This document shows, one piece after another, positions 28,492 to 41,740 of a DNA stretch of 64,000 nucleotides. Made by a program: the position numbers and the translations under genes. Under the pieces are notes generated by a model that did not search any database, was not told the origin of the DNA, and was given only the letters and a program-made list of their open reading frames with translations. Source of the stretch: Takakia lepidozioides (Eukaryota; Plantae; Bryophyta); contig CM060732.1 in assembly GCA_030704615.1 (NCBI GenBank), positions 30,132,001 to 30,196,000 on the forward strand. Reading direction: 5' to 3'. Position 1 is the first letter of the stretch, and each line of letters begins with the position of its first letter.

Positions 28492-29394
28492 CACACCCCT
28501 ACCAACAGGGAGTCGATGTCCTCATCGACTTGTCCATTTTGTAGAAACGAACATCCAAGTTGTGGCGTCCCACATCAAGGAGTTTGTTTCCGTACCATGG
28601 CGTCCCATGGCAAAGAACCAAACCCCAAACTTGACTCTACTCTCCACTAGCTAGTTCGGCCGACTTCCTCCAAGTCCCGGCGAAGGGTGGAGCCTCTCCA
28701 GCTCCTCCCAATGCACTCTTCTTGGCCTACTTCAAGGCCAAGGAACGATCCTCCTCGAGGATCGAATCGTCTTACTGCAACAACATTGCTTGCGACCGCT
28801 CATGATGCCGCTTTTGGCATCACCTTGAGCAAGAGTTCCCTGGAACCCTCTTTGACTAGGAAGATAACCTTGAACCAACCGTGCGCCCCAATCACTACAA
28901 TTGGGTCCGCCTTGGAATGCTGGCCTGAGGTACGGGAACACGCCGAAGCCGCACTACGACTTCGTCCCGAGGCTACACGATTATAGTACGTGAACGGAAG
29001 CACGTAGCTTCCGCGTTAGCCCGCACTACAAGGCAACCCCCTCGGTAGCGCAGTTATAGTACGCGCACGCGCCAGGTGCGCACTAGCACGTGAACTCCCA
29101 AAGAAGGCGCAAGTTTTCTTGCCCATTAGATGGGGGTCACCCGATTTCGGCACTACACAAACACACGATTAACCCAATTTACCTCTCCCACTTTTGTAAG
29201 CTAGCATGCATTCTACACACTAGCCAACCATACCATGCATCACCATTCCAAACAAAATAGGAAGCACAACATTTGGAAGCCATTTCATTTATAGCACGTT
29301 TTGTACAATACAAGTTTTTGCAATCAGATTTCTAAGCTAGCTAAGCCGGGCTAAGCATGCATTTCCTCCCCATGCTCCAAGGTTGATGTCCCCA

Positions 29395-32300
29395 TCAACG
29401 CTTCTTCCGCTTTTGAGGTCGCTCTTCGAAAGCTGCAACCGCCTCGGATGTGTTTCCCATTTCTGAGGCACGCACCCAAGATGCCTCCACATGATGATAA
29501 CCCTTCCATTTGACGAGATACTCCATTTCTCGGTTCCTGAACCTCCTCGACTTAAGTATTGCCTCCACCTCGTACTCAGGTTCATTTTCATGATCCAACA
29601 GCATAGGTGGCGGACGCAACACTTGATGCCGATTCGGACGCGCTTCATCTTTGAAGTAAGGCTTCAAAAGGGAGACATGGAATACTGGGTGCACCTTGAT
29701 GTTTGCCGGCAGCTCCAATTCATACACATCCTCATTCATAACCTTCCGAATGCGAAAGGGTCCCGCATACGGAGGTATGAACTTCGGACTCACTTCCGGA
29801 GGTAGTCGGAAATTCTTGATGTTCAACCAGACCTCTGTGTCTGCCTCAAACTTCACTTCCCTCCGCTTCTGATTCGCCTGCCTTTCATACCGTTTCCTAG
29901 CTTTGGCAATGTTGTACTTTGCGAGCTTCAACAAACGCTCGCGTTCTTCCAGTACCGCCGCTACTGCCGGTTCCTCAACGTCCTGGGCGGCCCAACTTGT
30001 CGGCACCAGAGGTGCTTTTCCATAGACCAACACAAAAGGGGAAACTCCCGTTGCGGAGTGTTCTGTGTTATTATAACATAACTCCGCCGCGTCTAAGTGT
30101 TCCACCCAGTCTGTTTGGTCTGCCGACACGTAATTCCGCAAGATCTGCTTCACTACGGAATTCACTCTTTCTGTTTGGCCGTCGGTCGTAGGTCGGAAGG
30201 CGATGCTCATCTTCATCCTCGTCCCCATCTTCTTCCAAAGTGCCCTCCAAAATTTACTCGTAAACTTTGGATCGCGGTCCGAGACAATATCCTTCGGGAC
30301 TCCATGATGCTTTTTAAGACGTGGGCGAAGTAAAGTCGCCCTGTCTCCTGCGCCGTTGCCGTCTCTTTGGTGGGGATGAAATGGCCCATTTTACTGAACC
30401 TATCCACCACCACCATGATTGCATCGAATCCTTTTGACAGCGGCATAGCAGTCATGAAATCCATCGAGACGTTTTCCCAAGTCCCCTCTGGAATCGGCAA
30501 GGGCTGCAACAGCCCCGCTTGCTTTTTGTACTCGCTCCGGTTTTGTTGGCATGTGGTGCATGTCTTGACATACTCCTCTGCCTCCTCCCTCAGTTTGGGC
30601 CAGAAATACTCTTTCTTCAAGAGTGCCGCAGTGCGCTTGGCTCCGCCGTGGCCCGCAAGCGGGCTGTCATGGCATTCTCTCAAGAGACTATCTCTGATCC
30701 CTCCCTTCGGCACGTAGAGGCGCTTTTGCTTATACCGGAGCAGTCCATTTTGCAAGTGGAACTGCGATTTAACCCCCATCCTCAAGTCTTGCATCACGGA
30801 CTTCGCCAGCTCATCCTTCCGGCAAGCCTTCCGGATCTTACTTTGGAACGTCGTCTCGCCCCTGTATACCAACAGGAGCTGTTGCTTTCTACTTAAAGCA
30901 TCGGCCACCACATTGTCCCGTCCCGGGATATCCACGTCGAACACCGCCAAAGTATCTTGCCACCTAAGTTGTTTTGGAGACAACTTGGGCTGCGTGGCAA
31001 AATACTTCACTGTGACATTGTCCGTGAACACCTTCACTGGGTTGGAACCAACATAGTGGCGCCAAAGCTCAAGGCAATGCACCACCGCCTTCATCTTTTT
31101 TTTGTGCGTCGGCCATCGTCGCTCCACTTCATTCAGTTTCTTACTTTCGTAAGCCACTAGACGTCCATCTTGCATAAGTACACCCCCAATCGCGAAGTCC
31201 GACGCATCTGTATGAATCTCAAATGGGCGATCGAACTCCGGGATTTTCAAGACTGGAGCTTCCGCCATCCGCTGCTTTAATTCAGCAAAAGCTTGGCCAC
31301 AACATGTGTTCCATACTCAGACTTTGGATTTACACAGAAGGTCTGACAGCGACCCCGCGATCTTGGCGAAATTTCTCACATACTTCCGGTAATAGGAGGC
31401 GAGTCCTAGGAAGGATCGCACTCCCGAGACCGAAGTCGGAGGCTCCCAGTCCAAGATCGCCCTCACCTTTCTGTCATCCATTTTGATCCCATCCTGTGTA
31501 ATCACATGCCCCAAGAACTCCACTTTCGTGACCCCAAATTCGCACTTTGAAGCTTTGGCGTATAGCTTCCCTTCCCGCAACTTTTGGAACACCCTTTTGA
31601 GGTGCTCCAGGTGCTCCTCTTTTGTTTTCGAGTACACCAAGATGTCGTCGATGTACACGATCACAAAGTCATCCAACCACTCCTGAAAAAGGCTGTTCAT
31701 CAGCGTGCTAAAGGTCGCAGGTGCATTGGTGAGCCCAAAAGGCATCACCAAGAACTCATATGAACCATACCTTGTCATGCACGCGGTCTTCTCCTCATCT
31801 CCTTCCGCCACCCGAATTTGATGATAGCCGGAGCGCAAGTTGTTCCGGCTGAAATACTTCGCTTCTGCCAACCGGTCGAAAAGGTCGTCGATCCTTGGCA
31901 AAGGGTACCGGTTTTTAATAGTCACCTTATTCAAAGCCCTGTAATCGACACACATCCGCAGCGTCCCATCCTTCTTGTTTGCGAATAGCACCGGGGCTCC
32001 GTAAGGTGACTTACTCGGCCGGATGTGCCCCTTTGACATTAGATCATTGAGCTGAGTCTTCAGCTCGACCAACTCCCTGTGGCTCAACCGGTAGGGTGCC
32101 TTGGCAGGCGGTTCCGATCCCGGTATCACCTCAATCTTGTGGTCAACTCCTCTTCGCGGTGGCAAGCCGCTTGGTAAATCCTCCGGCATCACATCCTGGT
32201 ATTTCTCCAAGATCCCCTTGATCCAATCTGGGCTCGGCTCCCCATCGCCTTCTCCCTTCACTTCTCTAATGTAAAGCAAAAACTGGGGCTCGTGTGCCTC

Positions 32301-33950
32301 CTCCACGGCCCACTCCCTTGCTGATAGAAGGTTTATTCGCCCTCCCACGGATTTGGACGGTTCCGACACTCGTAAGACCTCGCCACCATTCTCACATGGC
32401 AGCGTGACTACTCTCTTGCGGCCATCTATGACCGCTCCGGATTTGCTCAAAAATGTCATCCCCAAAATGAGATCCACTCCATCGATCTCGCAGATGGTGA
32501 AGTTTTCACGTCCCTCCCAACTCCCCAGTTGAAGAGGAACATCAAACGCCAACCTTGTCGCCAACTGTGGTTCTCCTTTGGCAGAACGCACCTCAATAGA
32601 GGCCCCCACGTCATTTGTTGGGAGTCCCAACTTTCGCGCCGTCGCCGGCGTCATGAAGGAGTGCGACGCTCCTGTGTCCACCAACAACGACACGTTAGTT
32701 CCGGATATTATCCCATCCACGAACAATAACTGACTCCCTTTACGCAGGGCGCCAGTTTCCTGATACAACTCACAAGAATAGTTGCCTACCTTGCAAGTCC
32801 TGGCGACCACCGCTTCCACCAAGCGACTGATGGTATCTTCTGACAGCTCCGTGGTTGCCCGAGTCATGTTCAATTGTCGAGGTTTCGTGCACTTCTTGGC
32901 CATGTGCCCGGGCTCCCCGCAATTGAAACACACTCCATCAAATGTCGCATTCTGTCCGCCATAAGCCGCTCCACCCGCTTTTCTTTTCGAAGCACCGGGT
33001 GCCGCCTTGACGTGTGAAGGCCCTCCCTTCAATTTCCACGTGCCATTGTCGCCGCGTGGCCTATCCCACTTCTTTTCCGGTCGGAAGGAGTCACCTTCCC
33101 GCCGGGTCTTCTTGTGGTTCAGCTCCGTACGGCCTTGTCTCTCACCCCTAGGGACATCCGAGAAACATTCAGCCCTCTCAATTGCCTCGTTCAAAGTCTT
33201 GGGTGGCTTCTCCTCCAACTTCCGCCTGGCCCATGGGGCCAGTCCCGCCACAAAGTTGAAGACCATTTCTGGTTCTGTCATGTCCGCGACTTTGAGCAAC
33301 AGCACATTGAAAGCCTGGACATACCCCCGAATGTCATCTGTTTGCTTCAAATTCCTCATCTTGTCCCGGGCAAGCCAGGACGCGTTGAGGGGCACAAACT
33401 GTCTCTTCATCAATTCCTTGAACCCACTCCAGTTCAAGGTTTCCGGGCTTGGACCTCGGTCGTGAAGGCGTTTCTGCCACCATTGTTGAGCATAGCCCCT
33501 CAAATAGGTGGGAGCCACTTCCACCCGATCCTCGTCACTCAACTTGGCCGCTCGGAAGTACTGCTCTAGCTCCAGGAGCCAGGTGTTGAGTGCCTTCCGA
33601 TTTCAGACGCCCTCAAAGGTGTCGGGTTCCTTAGGCTTCACCTTAAACTTTGCCTTAGTGGAAGTGGCATTAGCCGCCTTCAACACGTCTTTCAACGTCC
33701 CGCCAAACTGCGCCAACAACCCTTCCCAAAGGCTGCCGGCATGGGAGGCATCTCTTGGTTTGTCGGAGCTCTCAAGGATTCCTCGGGCTCCGACTCCTCG
33801 GATTCCTCCCGCTCTTGAGCGGCCTCGTTTTCGGAAACATGCATCGCTTCCTCAAACGGCCGCCTCGGTGACACATCGCCCCCATCGGGCTCACCAGGAT
33901 CATCATCTTTTGGGCCGTTCCGCTTTCGCTTCGGCTTGCCCGACCCCATG
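29395..33950 (-). pseudogene. Chromovirus gag-pol (Gag, CCHC knuckle, protease, RT, RNase H, integrase, chromodomain), frameshifted
   Basis: [79 protein letters not shown]. The ORF is broken near 33600, 31300 and 30300. The first RT catalytic Asp reads Asn ([11 protein letters not shown]). Confidence 0.93.
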
Positions 33951-34004
33951 ATGAGGCCAATCCCAAGGACGATCGCGTACTGAACTCTAGGCTCTGATAC
34001 CAAG

Positions 34005-34731
34005 TGTCGTGCACCTCACTTCGGTAAGCTCCCCCTCAAGTCATAGTTACTCACTTTGATGCGCGCGCCTGACTCCCAACCTGGCCGCCAGGCCAACTTG
34101 GAGCTTCGGCTGCTCACCGGGGCATAACGGTCCCCCTTTGTTCTCCCAAAGAACCTCCACCAATTTGGAACCAGCGGGAATTCCCTTTGGTAGTTGGCAG
34201 TCCGGAACAGCTCCCCACTCTTTGGTCGCTTTCCGGCTCGCTCGCTTACTCACTAGTTTTTGGTCACCAACGGGCTTGCACCGTTCTCGGGGTTACTACT
34301 CCCTATATATACTTCTGTAGCTGTCCGCGGGGGTTTCACAACCAGCCATGCCATTTTATGGCGAACCACCACGAAAACCCTCGACTCCCGGTGATGAGTC
34401 GCGGTGAGTCTTGGCCCACTCACCACGGCCCCTATGGACCGTGATGAGTCCCAAGACTCCCCACGACTCCCACCACGAGGTCTCCGCCCCCATGGTGAGT
34501 CCTATGCCACCCCCACTAAGTCCCGCTAAGCTACCATCACCCCTTGTGGAGCCACCCCCTCCGCAACCCGGTGTGCGGGGCTCCACCTAGTGAGCGCCTC
34601 CGCCTCTTTGAGTGCCTTGGGCACTCAAGGGTGCTTCAGCCCCCCCATAGTTATCGCTGCCGCTGCCCCCACCACAGGGACAGCCCCTCATGTGTCCCGA
34701 CCCCCTGCCCTCAAGGCAAAGGGCCGCGACA
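34005..34731 (-). repeat. 5' LTR of the chromovirus
   Basis: TG...CA termini and an adjacent iMet PBS. Confidence 0.95.
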
Positions 34732-34917
34732 TGAGCCCTCCTCAATGTTCACAAGAGGAAAACCCATCCCCATGTCCCAAATGAGGTTTGACACCTCCAC
34801 TTGGCATGTGAGACCAAATGAAGTCCCAACACACAAAATACAAATATGAATATCCAAAATATCCTAGTTAACTAGAAATAGGTAATTATGGTTAACCATG
34901 ACTAAAACCATGACAGC

Positions 34918-35002
34918 TGTCGAGCACCTAAGCATCGTGTCACAACATACATCGCTGTCCACCATACATTCTAAGCACACAATCCTAGAAAGCTATGCCA
35001 CA
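34918..35002 (-). repeat. Remnant of the 3' LTR of the DNMT/PHD gypsy element; the same ~85 bp also occurs at 27490-27573
   Basis: On the minus strand a PPT-like GGGGGGCGAT (35003-35012) is followed directly by TGTGGCATAGC. A near-identical block is at 27490-27573. Confidence 0.6.
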
Positions 35003-35259
35003 ATCGCCCCCCTAGCTGGTGCTTAGGTCCCTCTAACACTGGATAGCTGACAAGTATCCATCTCAATAAGATCATCGCTTGGTCTTCAATTGCACAAGTC
35101 CCAACACCTGAAGTCGATAGATCAAGAGGCCGGGTGCAAACGTAGCCCCATCGTTAGTCGCCTTCATGCAATCCATGATCTTCAGTTGAGTATCCATGGC
35201 ATTGAAGCCTCACTAGCTAGACCTTGGATCACTTGTCCGCCTCACCATTGTCATGCCCA

Positions 35260-37941
35260 CTACCTCTGTCCAAGGCATCGTGGACACAACCATTCTCCGA
35301 TAGGAACCTCCTCAAGTGGTGGTGTCAAGCATCCCATGTGTCACCCCCTTGAGCATTTATCACACACCAACATGGTGGCGGCACTACCAACATGCCCACA
35401 TAGCATGCAACGCAATCCTGCAGGTACCACTGCAAGGTTGGGATCTATCCTCCCATCCACATGTGGAAGGTGACATGGCGCACAATTGCGCACATGGTCC
35501 TTCCATACCATGCCATCTCGACCCTCCAGAATCAACACTCCTGAAGGCAACACCTCCCGGACCCTTAAAATCACACGTCCTGCTGTGACATCTAAAGTCG
35601 TAGGTGCTGTCTGCTGCAGATACACATAGTCCCCAGGGTGGAAATGCCGAATACCTGGCCGATATCCCCCTCCACGTATAGTGGCGTACCTCAATGTGTC
35701 TCGGTGTTGGGCAATAGCAAGGTTCTCAAAAGCCATAGGCATGACTCTCTTGAACAACTCTGCCCGTTGGGCACATGCTTATGTCCACACATTCGGATCA
35801 TCAAAGTTGAGGACTACTAAAGTCTCCCTACAAATAGATGCAGGCAAATCTGGCTCTCGGCCGAAGAGAAGAAAGTAAGGTGAGAAGGAGGCAAGTGAAG
35901 CTTGTTTGCTGAACCTATAGCCCATAGCTAGCCAAGGCAGTTGAAGGTCCCAATCTCCTAGGTGTCCTTTCTGCAAACCTCTCTTGACTGTCTGAACAAC
36001 TCTCTCCGCCAAGCCATCAGCCTCGGGATGATCCCGAGAAGTAGTGCGGTGATCTATCAAGGCTTGCTCACACAAAGCCTGAAACTCCCCCAAGAACTCT
36101 CTCCCCTGATCCGTGAGTACCTCGGCTGGAGCACCAAATTGGCTAAGCACTCGATCTAATAATGCATACGCAGCCCTCTCACTTGCCTTGTCAGGCAATG
36201 CCACCAGTTCAATCCACTTGGAGAAATGTTCCATCATCACCAGCACATACTTGTTATGGCGAATCGTTAGTGGCAATGGGCCTGCGAAGGCAAGACTCCA
36301 ACGATAGCCCAAACCCACCAATACTGCCCTTGCAGCAAACTATGAGTGCGCCGCACCCCAAAATGTCCCAACTCCTCATGGGCATGGCGTACCAATCGTG
36401 CTCGTTGTGTTGGATGAGGCACAATCCTCACTCGTCCATCCTCCCATACTCGGAGTAGATGAGTCCCCTCCCACCTCTTAGCTCGTTGTAGGATCCGATC
36501 TCTTTCCTTAGCAGTCCCACTGGCTGCTGTCTCTCTAGTACGAAGGTAGGCCAACACTGTCTGCATCTTCATGCACATCCTTAGCACCACTAAGCTCCTC
36601 ACTGATCTCTCCAATATCATCATGCTCGCTCGTGCATGGATTACGACTCAATCCATTTGCATCCCGATTGACAATACCGGCTCGATGCACCACCTGAAAG
36701 TCGTATTCTTGAAGCATAAGTGTCCACCGTGCAAGCTTCCCTGTAAGCTTGTCTGACTCCATCAACCACTTCAATGGTTGGTGATCCGTGACAAGGGTGA
36801 AGATATTGCCATAGAGGTAGCATCTGAAATGCGCCACTGCCCATACCGCAGCTAAACACTCCCCTTCATAAGAACTATACTTCGCCTCGACATCATTGTT
36901 TGAGCGGCTAGCATATGCCACTACGAACTCTCTTCCCTCATCATCCACCTATGTGAGCACTGCTCCAATCCCCAGCATACTCCAATCCGTATATAGCTGG
37001 AAAGGCCGCTCCCGAATAGACCGCATCAGAATAGGTGTAGAAGTCAATCGAGCCTTGAGTTCCTCAAAGGCTTCTTCCTGCTCCTCCTCCCACTGCCACT
37101 CACTCCTGACCCACCTTGGTCAACTTAGTAAGAGCCTTTGCAATGCTGCTAAATCCCTTGACAAACCGTCGATAGTAGTTTGCCAACCCCATGAAGCACG
37201 AACTCTGCTAACATCTATGGGGCGTGGAATGTGTGCAATGGCCTCCACCTTCGTCTTTTGAACACCCAATCCTCCAGGGTATATCATGTGACCCAGATAC
37301 TCAATTTGGTTGTGGAAGAACTTGCACTTCCCAGGGTGCAATTTCAACCCATACGCTCTCAAGCGCTCAAACACCACATGAAGGTGTCTCTCATGCTCCT
37401 CAACCGTAGCACTAAAGACGATGATGTCATCAATGTAACACCGAGAAAAGTCTAGCCCCGCGAGAATCCTATCCATAACCCTCTGAAACTTTGTAGTAGC
37501 ATTCTTCAACCCAAACGGTAGGAAGCGCTATTGGTACAAGCAATCCTTCCCATGTTGGTCAATCCCCCAGAATGTCGTCTTTTGCTTGTCAGCCTCTTTG
37601 ATTGGCAACTGGTGGTAACCAGATCGCAAGTCCAATGTGCTAAACACCTTCGCATGCCCAATGGCATTAAAGATTTCATCTGGAGTTGGCATGGCATATC
37701 TATCAGACTTAGTCTGACGGTTCACAGGACAATAATCCCCACACATCCTTCTTTCTGTCCAATTGCCATAGATATCCTTCTTATCTGGCATCACAGTTGC
37801 CGAGGCATATTCCCCGCCTGACAACTCCACCAATCCAGCTTCGAACAACTTCATAGTCCGTGACTGGATCAATGACCTCTCCATGTTACTATACCGGTAG
37901 GGCCTTCGAAAGATTGGCGTGTCACTTGCCAAATCAATCCG
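35260..37941 (-). pseudogene. Non-chromovirus Ty3/gypsy pol, 3' half: RT, RNase H, integrase and C-terminal PHD finger (degenerate)
   Basis: RRMCGDY, LDLRSGYHQ, YIDD, LYTDWS..VVAYASRSNN..SYEGECLAAVWAV, HEELGHFG, VLTDQGREF, ADGLAERVVQTVK, then CMLC..CDKC..HMGC..WLCPRC. Multiple stops and frameshifts. Confidence 0.92.
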
Positions 37942-37949
37942 TCCACCGT

Positions 37950-40900
37950 AATTGCCTCACCCCATGGAGATCCGAGACCATGATAGATACGTCTTCTTCT
38001 TGGCTGAGCATGCACAACCACCTTCCAATTCCCCCCTCTGTTTTGTCATCGGAAGAAAAACTTGCTCCATGTATGAAGGCTGTGCTGGAACCACCTTCCC
38101 TTGAAGAGAAGAGGCCGGTACCTTGTATACTGAAGTTGGAGTATGCTATCAAACTCTCCAATGTACTCAAGTTTGCTCATAGCAGGTCGTGTATTTCCCT
38201 TGCCCCACACGGAGTCTGCCAATATGTGGCACACAAGCCAGAATCAAAGGTTGTTTTGAGCTTCATGTCAAGAGCACGAATGCGGAAATGACGACCGTGT
38301 GAACCAAACCGCCATGTATGAGGTCGCGAATTGAGAGGGACCCCTTGCAATGTCTTGCCCAAATCTGAACCACCTCTCCTTGAGCAACGGCGTCATAAAC
38401 TGAAGTCCGAAGCCACTATTGGAATGAACTTAGAGGCTGCAATTCCATGGGCAAATTTGTGAAAGAACATTCCGGCGGCCCGCTCCTCGTCGTGGGCGTC
38501 TAGTAACCAGCTTGGATGGTTCCGCCTCCATGAAAGCGTCTCTTCCTCTCGTTGCTGAACAAGATTATTGTATCTTTCCTACCACTCATGTATGGCTGGG
38601 GTGTTCTTCAGTATTGAAGTCATGCGCTGCTCAATCACCAAGGTCGGCAATTTTACCCTCTTCGATTTTTGGGCAAACGATTTGTCATGGTTCGTGCATC
38701 CTCCTCTTCCTTCCACATTTGAGGGGCTTCTCATCAACCCTTGTCATGTACTCCGTGCAATAGAACATAGCTTCTTGCAACGTATACCCTCCGCCATGCT
38801 ACCCTCGGGTGCGCCATTTGTCTTACAAATCCTTTCAAAGTCTTCATATAACGCTCAAGGAAGTACATCCACCGAGAATGAACGGGTCCGGCAATCGAAG
38901 CCTCTTCCACTAAATGCACTATCAAGTGCACTTGGATGTCAAAGAAGGAGGGAGGAAGGTGCATCTCCAACATACACATTACCTCCGCCGCCTCCTTCTT
39001 CATGCTTGGCAAATCTGCTTCTTCCAACTCTTTGGAGCAAATCCACCGGAACAAGCCTCACAATCTATAGATTGTCTCGCGAACCTCGGGAGTCAATGTC
39101 CCACGTACTGCAATGGGCAAGATGTCTTGCAATAGATTGTGGTAGTCATGAGACTTAAACCATGGACCCCGTCTTCTTCGCTGAACTTCATACGGAGGGA
39201 TGACCCATAACCAGTGGTGTTCGGACAGCACTTATGGTGGCTATCACTTTCTTGTATTCCTCCTTTGTCCATTGCCAAGATGCATGCCTATACTTCCACC
39301 GTATAACACCCTTTGGGTCCACACCATTTTGTTCGGCCCATAGATGGCGCATGCGACCCTGCTCCTCAAGCTCCTTTCTAACACCGAGAGAATCTCCTTT
39401 TGCAGCCACTCTCTTCTTTGTCGGCGTGCCATAAAGAACCCGAAAAAGGAACGAGCAGACATTCTTCTCAATATGCATAGGATCTAGAAGATGGCGAATC
39501 TTCAGGTCCTACATATATCCACCCACAAAGACTTACACAATTTTTTTACTTGAAAGTGAAGTGACCTTGCAACGCATACCAAATGTGCAATATCACATGC
39601 ATGCATATGGATATTGACGGTGTTTTTGTGGAATATGTACCGCCCAATATGACAACTCGTAGAAGATTGAAAGTCGTTTCATGCCAGGCACGTCCACTTC
39701 ACAGTCCGTGTCCGCATGGGCCTCCTTCCATCGGTCCTCCAAAACTGCCCGGACGGTGTCATAGGGGGGGAACGTACTTCCTCTTTGTCAAACAAGTGTT
39801 TCTCTCTTCTTCTCCATCGATGGCTCATAGGAAGAAATTTACGATAGTTGGGATACACCATCTTGTGAAGATGGCGGGAGCTATGTGCATCAAGATCATC
39901 GCCACAAGGCAAGCATGCATGATACCCTTTGGTGCTTAGCCCCGAGCAAACAGTTAGTCATGTACTACACATCCCACCACATTAGCAAAAACAAAAAGTT
40001 GTCATGTGCATGGCCATAATGCCATCACCCCACTAAGTGCACAAGACTGTCGCCGCTACTTCAAACAATCCCAATTTTCATCGATATTATCCAGCATTGA
40101 CAAGTGAATGTACGCGGGTTGTTCATGGAGAACATAATATACCTGGATAATCATGCATTGTCCAAAGCAAGATGTCTCTCATCTGAAAATATTGTCCGGC
40201 CATAGGGTCAAGTGAAGCATCCAATGCCGGGACCCCCCTCCATAGCTCTTTAAGTTCATCAACAAGAGGTCGCAAGTACGTGTCCATGTTTGCCACTTGT
40301 TTTTTCCCTACGAGACATTTACATCATTATTTCAATGCTCCACCAATATGCAGATTATACTACAAAATGAATTACACATCTTGCTCCATGATTATGTCAC
40401 TCATCAATCTTGCATCTGAATTGCGTCAAAGATCAAAAATTTAATGTAAAGTCGAAGGCAATAATAAACATGAAATGAGTACACTCACCTGGCACAATGG
40501 TAGCCAACATGATATGGCATTTTTTAATTGAAAGATACGGAGGGATATTGTAATTCACCATGGTCACCGGTCAAGTGGAATGACTACATGACTGGACAGA
40601 GATTGGGTTGACCCCATCCGAGGAGAAGCCGAGGTGGACATGTCGTGGGTCCTCCAAGAGAAAATGCCACATCTCTTCAATATGCCTCCATGCTTGTGAA
40701 TCTTGTGGCCCACACACCTTTCCCGGGGGGCTCTGATGCGAGGCGTGCCATCTCATGAGTCTGGCCAATTCGGGGCTTCGGTATTGTGCCCTCAATCGCG
40801 GGATGATCGGAAAGTAATGCATTTTCTAGGATGAAATACCCCACGCCCCCCACATGTAATCATCCCATTAGCACACATAATACAACAACCTTATGCATTT

Positions 40901-41740
40901 CCCTTTATGCAGCCTCTCCCTCATTTGGGTGTGAATGGTTAAAACCAAACATCGCTCCTTCCACTTCTCACTCACTCCTTCCAAAACCACAATCAGATCT
41001 TGCATGAGTACTACTCTCTAAACCCTAAACTTTGTGGAATACACTTTACATACATTGAGAAGATTAAAGAAAATAATCTCCATGCGAGGGGGAATGGCGC
41101 TTATACCTTGCGTGGTACTTTTTTCCCTTGGACATCATCCCGATATCGGTCTTTCTTGCACTTTGGGCACTTTGTGAGATGCGAATCCTCTCCGTAGTAT
41201 AGGGTTTTATCACATGGACATGCATGAAAAATCTTATAGTCCATCCCCACAGAGTCCAAGACTTCGCGCGCCTCTTTCCGCGACCGTGGCATCCTGGGTT
41301 TCAAGTGTGGAGAAAGGATATAGTCTGCAATAGTTCGCATTATGGCAGACATCCCAACATTACTTATGCAAATCGAATTTGAAGATTGAGCAAAAATAAG
41401 ATTGTTGAAAGTCGACTCACTTTCGCCCCTTCGTACAAGGGAGTTCTCGCCTCCCTCTCCATGTCATTTGAGGGGGCCCTCAGGATCATCGATTGGTCGG
41501 GTTCCCTCTTCATGGGATGCATCAGCGCCCACATGATGCATTAAGAGATCATCCATGGCTTGCACATCCTCCTGGTAATTCCATGCTCATTGTTGTTATC
41601 ACTGTCACTATCACACTGTCATCGTCATCATCGTCCGGTACCGTGGGGGCGGCGTCTCACCCACGGCTCCCGCCTGATGTACTTGGGTTGTTTTCGGATA
41701 AGGTACCAAGAGAAAGCCGGGGACCGAGGGATGGATAAAG
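37950..41740 (-). pseudogene. CACTA Tnp2/TnpD transposase (Transposase_21, DUF4218 and DUF4216-like regions), multi-exon, degenerate
   Basis: ARTPLYEGAK, HACPCDKTLY..CPKC, YFPIIPRL..LMRWH, SSDGVNP, DTYLRPLVDELKELW, WTMHDYP, DPMHIEKNV, PPSFFDIQVHLIVHL..GPVHSRWMYFLERYMKTLKGFVR. Confidence 0.9.

Larger units (their letters stand above)
27764..34731 (-). mobile_element. Full-length Ty3/gypsy chromovirus (Tcn1-like) LTR retrotransposon
   Basis: Two ~728-bp TG...CA LTRs, a 5-bp TSD TGAGC (27759-27763 and 34732-34736), an iMet PBS TGGTATCAGAGC (33991-34002, minus), a PPT next to the left LTR, and gag-pol with a chromodomain. Confidence 0.96.
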
